A stretch of DNA of 30,079 nucleotides from a virus: positions 1 to 30,079 of the IMG/VR virus record IMGVR_UViG_3300045988_012809, one strand, 5' to 3'. A program made the translations under genes and the position numbers. The notes below the pieces were generated by a model, which worked only from the letters and a program-made list of their open reading frames with translations, had not been told where the DNA came from and did no database searches. The stretch's first letter is position 1. Every line of letters begins with the position of its first letter. Positions 1-8,491 of the stretch are shown in pieces.

Positions 1-55
1 ATATTATATATATCAGGCATGGTGCTTGATATATGACCGAAGGAGTCGAACACAA
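1..55. repeat. Left copy of the 55-nt terminal overlap (identical to 30025-30079)
   Basis: Direct comparison: atattatatatatcaggcatggtgcttgatatatgaccgaaggagtcgaacacaa occurs at both ends. Confidence 0.95.
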
Positions 56-1058
56 ACCATCACCAGCAAACACACCTCATATTCCCAGCAGTGAAGACCT
101 GTGGGCGGGACTCGTCACCCGCCCACACCCAACCGAAAGAACAACATCAATGAAGATCATCAATATATCGCAAGCCACCGAAACCGAAGCATGGCTCGAC
201 GAACGAGTAGGCCGTATCACCGGCACCAAAAGCGGCGAACTCGCCTTGAAACACTACACCCAAACCGACGTAGAAAAACTCAAAGAGTACCGAGACAAGG
301 CGTTGGAACAAGCAAAGAAGGCGAAAACGCCAGACAAAGCCAACGAGTATTACACGAAGGCCCAGAACTACGACGATAAGATCGTGGACGCCGAAGCCAA
401 GAACAAGCGACTCAAGGTCGGCGTGGACTTCTGGAAGTTCCTCGCGGAACTGTGGGCCGAACCAGCGGACGGTGAACCTCCAATGGAACGCGGACACCGT
501 CTCGAACCCGAAAACATCCAGATCACACTCAAAACACTCGGCTTCAACCACAGCGATTGCGTCACCGACTGCGGTATCTGGGAGAGTGACGACGATGACC
601 GTATCGCTTGCAGTCCAGACGCCTACGAGAACACTGAGAAGCCGACGTGGGCCATCGAATGCAAGTCGCTCGGCTCAGCCTACCATTTGCAGACCGTCGT
701 ACCGTGGATGATGCACACGAACGCCATGCGATCCCATATCGCCAACCTCAAACCTGAACTGGTCGAGGTCATTGAACAGGTGTTGCCCGAGTACACGCTC
801 GACAGCAAAGCTACCGGTTTCGACTTCATCCCCGACCAATACAAAGCACAGGTGCTCCAGTACTTCGTCGTATGCGATTCGCTGGAAGTCCTCTTCTTCT
901 CGATGTTCGACCCGCGCGTGATCGGAGCCGCACACCATCAGGTCATCCCCGTGTACCGCAAGGACATCACCGAACAGATCGATAACCATAAGCATAGCCA
1001 GTTGGCCACACTCCATATCTCCGATGTGCTGGCCGACGCTCTGGGGGTGACGTTCTGA
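33..1058 (+). CDS. YqaJ / lambda-Exo-like PD-(D/E)xK recombination exonuclease
   Basis: EAWLDERVGRITGTKSGEL (YqaJ N-terminal motif), SPDAY...WAIECKS (nuclease core), YKAQVLQYF. The first 39 aa are low complexity, so the ATG at 150 (MKIINISQ) is a plausible true start. Confidence 0.75.
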   Translation: MTEGVEHKPSPANTPHIPSSEDLWAGLVTRPHPTERTTSMKIINISQATETEAWLDERVGRITGTKSGELALKHYTQTDVEKLKEYRDKALEQAKKAKTPDKANEYYTKAQNYDDKIVDAEAKNKRLKVGVDFWKFLAELWAEPADGEPPMERGHRLEPENIQITLKTLGFNHSDCVTDCGIWESDDDDRIACSPDAYENTEKPTWAIECKSLGSAYHLQTVVPWMMHTNAMRSHIANLKPELVEVIEQVLPEYTLDSKATGFDFIPDQYKAQVLQYFVVCDSLEVLFFSMFDPRVIGAAHHQVIPVYRKDITEQIDNHKHSQLATLHISDVLADALGVTF

Positions 1059-1381
1059 TGAAGACCGCAACCATTCTGGAAAGCCCTGACATGTTCGCAC
1101 TATTCGACGGATGCCCCACATGCAAGCGGCAGAGCGCCGTTTATCTGATGACGTGCCGCGTGTACGCCCAACAGATGGGGCGTAGGCTCCGTATCGTGCC
1201 GTCGGGGAGCCCCACCGCCAGAGGCATACGCGCCATCGCCAAAGACCAAGGGATAACCGTGCGCTACCCGATGATCTTGCTGGACGGATTGTTTTACTTC
1301 CAGCCGCAAGACATCAGCCTTGACGATTACCTAGCGGACGAAGACGAACCCGAAGAAGAGGAGGAACCCAATGAAGAATAA
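1058..1381 (+). CDS. Small CxxC (CPTC) thioredoxin/glutaredoxin-like protein with a poly-acidic tail
   Basis: TGATG overlap with the upstream stop. Contains FALFDGCPTCKRQ and YPMILLDGLFYF, with a C-terminal DEDEPEEEEEPNEE tail. The fold assignment is tentative. Confidence 0.5.
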   Translation: MKTATILESPDMFALFDGCPTCKRQSAVYLMTCRVYAQQMGRRLRIVPSGSPTARGIRAIAKDQGITVRYPMILLDGLFYFQPQDISLDDYLADEDEPEEEEEPNEE

Positions 1382-1709
1382 CACTCTGGCCAACGATGTG
1401 CTGGAACTGTTCGACAGTAACCATATCACCGCGAACAGTCTGAGAAAGTTCGTGGTGGAGAGCGTGGCCGACTTCCTCGGAGACGACAAGCACGACAAAG
1501 CGTGCGGCAAACTGTTCGACCGTTGGTATCAACACGTGCGCTGCTCCATCTGGATCGGTGCCGCTCGATACGCCTTGCAACAGCACGGGTCCGGTTACGC
1601 CGAAGCCGCCAGCGAGGCGAAACAACTCTACGAAAGCCTGTACGCGGACTACAACAAGCGGTATTACTGTTGGCGTCGCCACGAGGAAAGGAAAACCAAT
1701 GAAGACTAA
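1371..1709 (+). CDS. Hypothetical early protein
   Basis: ORF in operon context, overlapping both neighbours. No recognisable motif. Confidence 0.6.
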   Translation: MKNNTLANDVLELFDSNHITANSLRKFVVESVADFLGDDKHDKACGKLFDRWYQHVRCSIWIGAARYALQQHGSGYAEAASEAKQLYESLYADYNKRYYCWRRHEERKTNED

Positions 1710-2058
1710 TTGGTGGACTGCCGTGCTTTCAGCTGGAATCACGGCGGGATACGTAACCACTGTCGTACAGCTCTCGCCCGGCCCCGGCTATATGTTCTCC
1801 ATGCTCCGTCGCAAGCTGACCGTAAAAACCGAAAACCTTTCCAGCTCGCTCCCAACGTGGGCCAAGGATTACGCGGATAGTCTCGGGGAACTCGCCTATT
1901 GCGGTTGGTGTCTTAGCCCGTGGGTGTCGCTTCCGGTGTGGGCGATGGCAGCCAAGATCAACGGGGTACGGTTCGGAGTCAAGTGGGTGGCCGGGTGGAT
2001 TGTGGCCGGTGGCGTGGCCGCGTTCCTCCGCCACTCGGCTGAAACGGCGGTGGCGTGA
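1699..2058 (+). CDS. Multi-pass membrane protein (unknown function)
   Basis: ATG at 1699 is preceded by AGGAAAGGA. Hydrophobic segments include WWTAVLSAGITAGYV, WVSLPVWAMAA and VAGWIVAGGVAAF. The longer track ORF from 1558 has an implausible N-terminus. Confidence 0.6.
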   Translation: MKTNWWTAVLSAGITAGYVTTVVQLSPGPGYMFSMLRRKLTVKTENLSSSLPTWAKDYADSLGELAYCGWCLSPWVSLPVWAMAAKINGVRFGVKWVAGWIVAGGVAAFLRHSAETAVA

Positions 2059-2336
2059 TGTTCAGCAAACAACAGGTTCATGTGCTGTTGATTCTTTGGA
2101 TGGCTAAGCGTCCGCTTACCCATGAGGAAATCGAACGTATGGCGGTTTTAGCGAAATATGACGATACTCCGCAGGGATTGAGGACGCGCATGATCGAGCT
2201 TGAGCGTTCCGGTCATGTGTGCCGTGTCGATAGGGAGGGTGTAAACAGTCGGCACCGTCATTGCTGGCGTTTCGCGTTGACCGACGCCGGGCGTGAAGCC
2301 ATTAGTGAGCTGTTTGACGAAACGGAAACAATGTGA
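2055..2336 (+). CDS. Winged-helix DNA-binding protein (MarR/PadR-like fold, tentative)
   Basis: LLILWMAKRPLTHEEIERMA...RTRMIELERSGHVCRV resembles wHTH recognition helix plus wing. The start overlaps the upstream stop. Confidence 0.5.
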   Translation: MMFSKQQVHVLLILWMAKRPLTHEEIERMAVLAKYDDTPQGLRTRMIELERSGHVCRVDREGVNSRHRHCWRFALTDAGREAISELFDETETM

Positions 2337-2354
2337 TATGATCTATATATCACA
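2314..2354 (+). promoter_or_regulatory. Promoter P-D: TTGACG -17- TGaTATGAT plus the dyad TGTGATA...TATCACA
   Basis: -35 at 2314-2319, extended -10 at 2334-2342. The conserved 21-nt motif at 2332-2352 extends as a 7-bp-arm dyad (TGTGATA/TATCACA) to 2354. It ends 20 nt upstream of the XRE gene. Confidence 0.6.
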
Positions 2355-2373
2355 CATCGTAGGAAGGTGAAAC

Positions 2374-2703
2374 ATGCGCAAGCAAAACAAAATCAAAACA
2401 GTAATCAACGGTCAAGAAGTCACCGTGGAACAAGACAGTCAGACCGGCCAGTTCTACACCCGGCAAACCGTCGGCAACATCCCAGTTGACTACACGACCA
2501 TCAGCGACAGCGTAACCATCGGCCAGTGCATCAAATACTGGCGGATACGCCACGGGTACTCACAAGCGGAACTAGCCGAACGAATCGGCGTAGCCGGCCA
2601 GAACGTCATCGCCATGTGGGAAAACGGACGCCGCAAACCACAAAAACAATACCGGTTGCGACTAGCCAAACAACTCGGCTATGACATTCTGGCGAAAGAC
2701 TAG
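2374..2703 (+). CDS. XRE-family HTH transcriptional regulator (Cro/CI-like)
   Basis: C-terminal HTH_3 signature IKYWRIRHGYSQAELAERIGVAGQNVIAMWENGRRKP. SD AGGAAGGTG lies upstream. Confidence 0.8.
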   Translation: MRKQNKIKTVINGQEVTVEQDSQTGQFYTRQTVGNIPVDYTTISDSVTIGQCIKYWRIRHGYSQAELAERIGVAGQNVIAMWENGRRKPQKQYRLRLAKQLGYDILAKD

Positions 2704-2750
2704 AAGTCTGCACCATTAATCCCAATCATCATCACACCAAAGGAGCAACA

Positions 2751-3038
2751 ATGAACACCATCAACTATCTGACCTCGATCATCAACCTCTTGCAGAAGGC
2801 CCCGCAAGCACAGGGAATCATCGACACCCAAGGACTAGGACAGGAACTCACGTTCGGCCAGATCGGGATTAAAGACGCTGGGGCGTTCCTCAAACTCTAC
2901 GACATCCTAAGCAGCGTTGAGGGCGTCAAGCTCACATCCATTCATGAATGCAAGACAGACGCCGATAAACAATATTTCTTCAAAGTAGTCGCCCCAATAA
3001 CCATGTACTTCTTCCACTGCGCGGGGGTATTCGAGTGA
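2751..3038 (+). CDS. Hypothetical protein
   Basis: ORF with SD AAAGGAGC 7 nt upstream. No recognisable motif. Confidence 0.6.
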   Translation: MNTINYLTSIINLLQKAPQAQGIIDTQGLGQELTFGQIGIKDAGAFLKLYDILSSVEGVKLTSIHECKTDADKQYFFKVVAPITMYFFHCAGVFE

Positions 3039-3364
3039 GCAAGACAGACCCCGATATCGAAACACGTATGGCCGTATTCCACCGTGACCACGGCAGATGT
3101 TTCATCTGCGGGAAAACGTTGAGCGCCTCAGCGTTCAACCTGCATCATAGGCGTATGCGATCCCACGCTTGGAAAGGACTGAACCTACCCGGCAACCTGA
3201 TTACCGTGTGTGGCTCGGGTACGATGGGATGTCACGGGCGTATACACGCCCACCCAAAGGAATCATACGAAAACGGTTGGCTGGTCAGCGCCTACAACGA
3301 TCACCCAGAAAACGTTCCAGTGTTCAGCGAATACCGAAAACGAAAATTACTCTTAAGCAACTAA
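3035..3364 (+). CDS. HNH endonuclease
   Basis: CFICG...NLHHRRMRS...NLITVCGSGTMGCHGRIH (Cys-box plus H-N-H pattern). Confidence 0.85.
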   Translation: MSKTDPDIETRMAVFHRDHGRCFICGKTLSASAFNLHHRRMRSHAWKGLNLPGNLITVCGSGTMGCHGRIHAHPKESYENGWLVSAYNDHPENVPVFSEYRKRKLLLSN

Positions 3365-3373
3365 GCAAAGAAT

Positions 3374-3408
3374 AGCCCGGCGCCAGTCATCAAGACCAGT
3401 GCCGGGCT
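3374..3408. terminator. Imperfect GC-rich hairpin between convergent genes (candidate bidirectional terminator)
   Basis: agcccggc(gccagtc)atcaa(gaccagt)gccgggct. The outer 8 bp pair perfectly. On the minus strand it is followed by ATTCTTTGCTT. Confidence 0.45.
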
Positions 3409-3457
3409 AATTCATTCGGTCATCACACCATCGCTCGAAAGGAGCAACACCAGTGTA

Positions 3458-3733
3458 TCACTTGGAGATGCCTGCGTAGTGGACGCCGAACATGCCAGCC
3501 ACGCCGGAGCCGACCAGAGCGCAAGCGCCACCCATCACGGCCACCCATGACGGCACGTCCGGCACGGCGCTCACGAAACTCAGCACCGCACCGGCGATAC
3601 CGACCAGACCGGAAACAAGATACGCCCACTTGCGAGTCGCGGCGTTGAACGTCGGCACGTAATCATCATTACCGTCCGGAACCTCGTTGGTAATCACGGT
3701 GTCCTTGACCGGTTCACCAGTATCAATACTCAT
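3458..3733 (-). CDS. Holin-like protein with two transmembrane segments
   Basis: TM1 WAYLVSGLVGIAGAVLSFVSAV and TM2 WVAVMGGACALVGSGVAGMFGV. It lies immediately downstream of the endolysin. Confidence 0.6.
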   Translation of the reverse strand: MSIDTGEPVKDTVITNEVPDGNDDYVPTFNAATRKWAYLVSGLVGIAGAVLSFVSAVPDVPSWVAVMGGACALVGSGVAGMFGVHYAGISK

Positions 3734-3755
3734 AACAAACCTCCTATCGGATAGT

Positions 3756-4895
3756 CTACTTGATGCGGATAGTCTGACCAGCGTAGATCATGTCAGGGTT
3801 GGCGATACCGTTCAATGCCGCCAGATTGGAGACACTGGTGCCATACTGGGCGGCGATACCGCTCAACGTGTCACCGGGCTGGATAGTGTACGTTGTAACG
3901 GACGGTGACGGTGCGCCGCCCGGCAGTTTCAGCACCTGACCGGGATAAATCAGATTCGGGTCGGCAAGGCCGTTAAGCTGCTGGAGAGTCTGCCACGAAG
4001 TCCCGTACTTGGCGGCGATACCGCTCAACGTGTCCCCCGACTGCACCGTATACGTGTCGTTACCGGGCTGAACCGTATTGGCAGTACCATTGATCTTCAA
4101 CACCTGACCCGGATAAATCAGATTCGGGTCAGACAGATTATTGATCTGCGCCAGCACCTGCCAGCTAGTCCCATACATCGACGCAATACCGCTCAACGTG
4201 TCACCGGAACGCACGGTGTACGTGTCAGACGCTGGAGTAGACGGGGCAGGAGCGGAAGGGGTCGGCACGTTGGTCACACTCGAATGACCCGCCTTATACG
4301 CGTTCCAAGCGGTCACATCACCGTAGAACTTGTCAAGGTCAAGACTGCCTGAATATCCGGGCAAACGACCATTGCCAGAATACTGGCGTATAGCACACGC
4401 ATACGCGCCCTCGTTCCACGGCGTATCCTGATACCCAGTAACGTCCATATTCGCATACTGAGCTACCCACAATCCACGATCACCAATATTCTGAACGTCG
4501 TTAAGCATGGACGCGCCCGTGTAGACGATAGGCTGGGAGCCTGTACGCTCGTACACGCGGTCACAGAACACCCTGATCCACTGTTGAGCAGGCGCGCCAG
4601 ACCCGAATAGTCCGTTACCCTGTTGCTCCCAGTCCAAGCACCATACGACCTTGCCGACCCAATTCGCGCAATTGTTCACGAAAAAGTCAGCCTCGGAAAC
4701 GGCGTTACCGCCGTTGGCGTAATGGTATACGCCCACGCACTTTCCCAGACTCAACGCCTGCTCCACTTGCCGGGCGCAATCCGCTGACACGTACCAGCAT
4801 CCCTCAGTCGCTTTGCTGATGACGAAATCACACGGCACAACAGACAGGTCGATTCCAGCCTGCCAATTACTGATGTCGATACCATTCAAAGCCAT
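3756..4895 (-). CDS. Endolysin: GH25 muramidase plus three LysM repeats
   Basis: [17 protein letters not shown]...[10 protein letters not shown]...GVYHYANG is a GH25 signature. It is followed by 3x [20 protein letters not shown]...[17 protein letters not shown] lies 7 nt before the ATG at 4895. The track ORF to 5021 is an unlikely extension. Confidence 0.9.
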   Translation of the reverse strand: MALNGIDISNWQAGIDLSVVPCDFVISKATEGCWYVSADCARQVEQALSLGKCVGVYHYANGGNAVSEADFFVNNCANWVGKVVWCLDWEQQGNGLFGSGAPAQQWIRVFCDRVYERTGSQPIVYTGASMLNDVQNIGDRGLWVAQYANMDVTGYQDTPWNEGAYACAIRQYSGNGRLPGYSGSLDLDKFYGDVTAWNAYKAGHSSVTNVPTPSAPAPSTPASDTYTVRSGDTLSGIASMYGTSWQVLAQINNLSDPNLIYPGQVLKINGTANTVQPGNDTYTVQSGDTLSGIAAKYGTSWQTLQQLNGLADPNLIYPGQVLKLPGGAPSPSVTTYTIQPGDTLSGIAAQYGTSVSNLAALNGIANPDMIYAGQTIRIK

Positions 4896-4906
4896 CGAAA
4901 CTCCTC

Positions 4907-5038
4907 CTATAAGCTGATCGTGTAGAAGAACAGCCACACCATGCATAAAACGGCGTAGGCCGTTATCAGGACGTGGCCTATCAACGAGACGACGGCGAGC
5001 GAGAATACAAGAATCACACACCGTTTGAAACGTCTCAT
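4907..5038 (-). CDS. 43-aa hydrophobic peptide (not in the ORF track)
   Basis: Hand translation: [43 protein letters not shown]. It sits just upstream of the endolysin. The SD is poor. Confidence 0.35.
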   Translation of the reverse strand: MRRFKRCVILVFSLAVVSLIGHVLITAYAVLCMVWLFFYTISL

Positions 5039-5100
5039 AGGATCATCTTAGCATCGAACGAATCGAGATTATTATTACCGATAATGCGTATTAGGCTCGG

Positions 5101-5469
5101 CTAATCATTATCTCCAGCCAGTTCCTCAAGCGATGCAATCCGTTCGCGTAGATCATCAGGCAACGACGGTTTAGGATGATTCTCCAAAAATTCAGGCTCG
5201 ATGATCTCGCAGAATTTTGATAGCCAGTGGCCCAACGCGCGAATATAGCCCGTCTCAAGATCGATGGTGTATTGCAACTCATCCCGGTTCTTGATTAGCG
5301 CGTTTATCTTCTGGTCTTGTGCGTCGATCTGCCGTTTCATATCCCCTTGGGCGGAAACTAGCGCCTGATACGCGCTAGTCAGGTCTGACCTACGGTTGGC
5401 TACCCATGTTATGAGTCCTCCGAGGGCTACGCCGCCTACGCCGATGATTGCCGTGAGAATATCAGTCAT
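5101..5469 (-). CDS. N-terminally membrane-anchored coiled-coil protein (lysis-cassette associated)
   Basis: MTDILTAIIGVGGVALGGLITWV forms a TM segment, followed by a heptad-rich region QALVSAQGDMKRQIDAQDQKINALIKNRDELQ. An alternative TTG start lies at 5487. Confidence 0.55.
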   Translation of the reverse strand: MTDILTAIIGVGGVALGGLITWVANRRSDLTSAYQALVSAQGDMKRQIDAQDQKINALIKNRDELQYTIDLETGYIRALGHWLSKFCEIIEPEFLENHPKPSLPDDLRERIASLEELAGDND

Positions 5470-5569
5470 GATCTCTATCTTAGACAATGATGATAATGCT
5501 CATGGGATATGGGAGTATGTCGTTTATCATGTGAAGAACGGCAATTGGCGGTACGCCTCTATAACGAGA

Positions 5570-6598
5570 TTACAGGCCCCAGTTAATCCGGGTTACGGTG
5601 AACTCCGTAGAACCGCCGACAATCGAAACGGGATTATCCCCAAGACCCAACGATATAGCAGTGTCATCCGGGATATTGTAGACCACGTTCGGAATACCGA
5701 ACGACGTATATGAAGCCCAGTTATTCTTTGAGAACGAAACATGAGTGTCGATATACTTGGACCAAGTGTTTCCGGAGAACCGTCGGAACCACACCGTAGG
5801 CGTGTCTGTATACTCATACTTGACATTAAGGAATGCACTAAGCATATACCACCCACCGTGCAGAATATGGCAGCAGTTTATGTCTCCGAATTTCGCCAAT
5901 TCCACGTTTTGAGTGCTTCCGAACGATGTAACGCGGGATGAGAACGTAAATTCATACAAACTGTTAGAATTCGTATATCCGTTGGCTTTGAACGTGTCCG
6001 ACGAGTCAAACAGCTGCGGAGCCTCCCACGCCCCATCGTTTCTGACATAATGGGCATTATCGGCCATCGTCACAGCCTCCTGCCCGTCCACCGCGTCAAT
6101 AGTGTTAAGCTGGTCAAGATCACGCGCCATCAGGATAGCGCTGTTACGAATCATCGGAGCCACATCGGACGCGACACCGGCGTTAACCTCGGCGATTACC
6201 AGACCGTTGATATTCGAGTCAGGAGTGCCAGCAGGGAACACTTCTATCTTTCCGCGCGGAGTCGTACCATGCGACTGCGAGGGGTCTTCCACAGTAACCG
6301 CAATCTTGTAACTATTGGTGGAATTTGCGAGGTTCACGATCGTATTGGTGGTAATGGCGTAAGTGTACGCGCCCAAACCATCCCACGGGCTGATGGTACC
6401 GCAATGAGGTTTGACCGTAACGGTCAGACCGTTCACCGTGACCAGAGGACTCGGGGAACCGTAACGGATACCAGACAACCCGTTGAACGCGCTACCATCA
6501 GACGGAACTGATAGAGGGTTGATGGCGTGACGGTAATCGTCCGCAGTATACGTCGGGGTACCGTTTTTCGCGGTAAGCGGGTGCATGATGATAGCCAT
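5570..6598 (-). CDS. Distal tail fibre / receptor-binding protein candidate
   Basis: Last structural gene before the lysis genes. The sequence is Ser/Thr/Asn/Gly-rich and looks beta-rich. GGAGGA lies 6 nt before the ATG at 6598. An alternative ATGA-overlap start is at 6604. Confidence 0.5.
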   Translation of the reverse strand: MAIIMHPLTAKNGTPTYTADDYRHAINPLSVPSDGSAFNGLSGIRYGSPSPLVTVNGLTVTVKPHCGTISPWDGLGAYTYAITTNTIVNLANSTNSYKIAVTVEDPSQSHGTTPRGKIEVFPAGTPDSNINGLVIAEVNAGVASDVAPMIRNSAILMARDLDQLNTIDAVDGQEAVTMADNAHYVRNDGAWEAPQLFDSSDTFKANGYTNSNSLYEFTFSSRVTSFGSTQNVELAKFGDINCCHILHGGWYMLSAFLNVKYEYTDTPTVWFRRFSGNTWSKYIDTHVSFSKNNWASYTSFGIPNVVYNIPDDTAISLGLGDNPVSIVGGSTEFTVTRINWGL

Positions 6599-6600
6599 AA

Positions 6601-7350
6601 TCATTCCTCCGAATCGTCTACACCTATTTTATCTTTGTCAGTGGATAGAGCATCAACCTTAGCTTTGAGCGCGTCCAATTCATCCGCAACCTGTTGAGCA
6701 AGTCGAAGCGCCGCCACACTCAACATCGGATAATTAATGCCCACCAGACTGCCATCTGCATCATATTCGCAGAAGAAACCTAAACCGTTCTCATCCAAAT
6801 CGTCGGCTATCATGCCTACCAGCGGCTGCGAATCATCAAGGTTCAGGTTCTTGTCATCCTTCATCCGATATACACACCACTTCACCTTGCGGAGAGCCTC
6901 AACAGGAATGTAATCGTCGGCGTCAACGATATCGGTTTTCACCGCACGAATCGACTGCGCCGTGCCCATAGTGCCGTCGGACAATATCCATGCGGTGCGC
7001 CATTGGCCGGACGTAAACAAGTTGTTGTAGGCGTTGCCGGTACCAGTACCACCACGGTTCGGAGTCAATACCCCCCAGTTCCATTCCCGTGTTTTAGCGT
7101 CAATCTCGGAACGGGTGTAACTGTTGCGGGTGATGCTTTCCTGCACCCGCTGGTCAAGATTGTTCGTCAACGTCTGCACTTCCTTGACCATTTGAGTGAT
7201 CTGATCAAGCATTTCAGTGATCTGATCGACCATAGGCTTAACGCTGTTGACGATGCTCGGCGGCAACTCCTGCAATTGGCGTTTAATGTCCGAGAACTGG
7301 CGGGCTGTAGCGTCAGCGCTATCTAGACTGAACTTGAATTTGCTCGGCAT
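6601..7350 (-). CDS. Tail fibre protein with a C-terminal peptidase-S74 intramolecular chaperone domain
   Basis: N-terminal coiled coil. SIRAVK (Ser-x4-Lys dyad spacing) is followed by VGMIADDLDE...LVGINYPMLSVAALRLAQQVADELDALKAKVDAL. AGGAGG lies 7 nt before the ATG at 7350. Confidence 0.65.
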   Translation of the reverse strand: MPSKFKFSLDSADATARQFSDIKRQLQELPPSIVNSVKPMVDQITEMLDQITQMVKEVQTLTNNLDQRVQESITRNSYTRSEIDAKTREWNWGVLTPNRGGTGTGNAYNNLFTSGQWRTAWILSDGTMGTAQSIRAVKTDIVDADDYIPVEALRKVKWCVYRMKDDKNLNLDDSQPLVGMIADDLDENGLGFFCEYDADGSLVGINYPMLSVAALRLAQQVADELDALKAKVDALSTDKDKIGVDDSEE

Positions 7351-8479
7351 TATCATCCTCCTGTTGCAATGTAGGCGTGATAGTCCACGCCTGACTAAAA
7401 TCAATCTCATACCCGATAATACGGGCGGAACCGTGATTATAGTCGGGGAAATGCTCGGCGTCTTCCTTCACAGTCCATGCGATAAGGTCGCCCGGCTTCC
7501 ACTCCTCGTACACCATTGGAGCGGATAGCAGACTCAAGCCCATAGTGATGGTCTGGGTACCGTTCTGCATCTGCAACAACGAGGACTTGGCATGTTCGTT
7601 CAACGTACTCTTGTTCTTGATGCTGGTTGACGGTTGGAACACATATTCGAGTCGAGGCCGGTGGGGCTGGTCTGCGATCATCCAATCGGACTGGGGACGG
7701 TCGCCCGCGTCAGCCGTACTCACCGCCATGACAGCGTTAGCCCCATACCCGTTCGTGTAATCCTCCAACAGGGTGAACGTGGTCATAACGCTTTCATCGA
7801 ACGTGGTGCTTGGCGTGGTGGAACCGATATGGTCGGCTACCGTCATCACAGGCTCATAATGACCGTCATTGATGGCACGCCACGAGGTACACCATTCCGG
7901 CCCGTTCAGAACGTTGGCGAGCTCCTGCAATACGCTTAGCAGGGTCTTGTCGCTTTCGGCCTCATACGTGCGGTCACGTTTGATGCTGCTCGGTGACGCT
8001 TCGACAACAAGATTGAAACGATGGTTTTCAAGCGTGGTGGTCACGAGGTCTTCCACTATCTCGCATTGGTCACGATTAGTGTACGTATGATCCTGCACAT
8101 ACACGTTATCGAGATAGTGTTCTACGGTTGCCAATGTCAACGTCAAACCGTCACCGCGCATTACCCGCTCTCGTTTGACCACGATACCGCCCCACAACAC
8201 GGTGGATTCGCGCACCAGAAGTATGGCGGCCTGATACGGGGTGGTTGCTTCATCCCAATTGCGGGGAGCATTGCGCCACGGGAGCGTGGCAGTCTCGCTA
8301 GTTGTTTCCTCGAAACGGTAGGTCAGGTGAGTCAGTTGGAGGTCTGGGAGTTCGGCTATCACCGTACCGTCATCCAACGTAACGGCCAAGAACTGTAAGC
8401 CGGAACGCTGCCACAATACACGCGCCGTGTCAGAGTGCAAGCCGTTCGACTGCGGCAACCGGTTAGAGATAAAAGACAT
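7319..8479 (-). CDS. Tail-associated (Tal-like) baseplate hub / minor tail protein
   Basis: Second gene after the tape measure. Strong SD AAGGAGG. The call is positional only. Confidence 0.5.
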   Translation of the reverse strand: MSFISNRLPQSNGLHSDTARVLWQRSGLQFLAVTLDDGTVIAELPDLQLTHLTYRFEETTSETATLPWRNAPRNWDEATTPYQAAILLVRESTVLWGGIVVKRERVMRGDGLTLTLATVEHYLDNVYVQDHTYTNRDQCEIVEDLVTTTLENHRFNLVVEASPSSIKRDRTYEAESDKTLLSVLQELANVLNGPEWCTSWRAINDGHYEPVMTVADHIGSTTPSTTFDESVMTTFTLLEDYTNGYGANAVMAVSTADAGDRPQSDWMIADQPHRPRLEYVFQPSTSIKNKSTLNEHAKSSLLQMQNGTQTITMGLSLLSAPMVYEEWKPGDLIAWTVKEDAEHFPDYNHGSARIIGYEIDFSQAWTITPTLQQEDDNAEQIQVQSR

Positions 8480-8491
8480 GCGCTACCTCCT

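Noticed and set aside
1-55. Physical direct terminal repeat of the virion genome
   Set aside because: The repeat is short and cuts through a promoter and gene start. An overlap of this kind is what circular assemblies commonly leave at contig ends. I treat it as a circularisation overlap, although the sequence alone cannot prove this.
4896-5021. 42-codon N-terminal extension of the endolysin ORF
   Set aside because: The extension is Arg-rich and lacks an SD. The ATG at 4895 has AGGAGG at ideal spacing and begins exactly at the GH25 domain.
5039-5100. Possible tRNA or small RNA genes in this and the other larger intergenic gaps (also 5488-5569, 27992-28154, 28461-28583)
   Set aside because: I could not fold any of these gaps into a cloverleaf with acceptor and anticodon stems by eye, and there are no conserved T-loop GTTCGAATC-like boxes. 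A tRNAscan-SE or Infernal run would be the decisive check.
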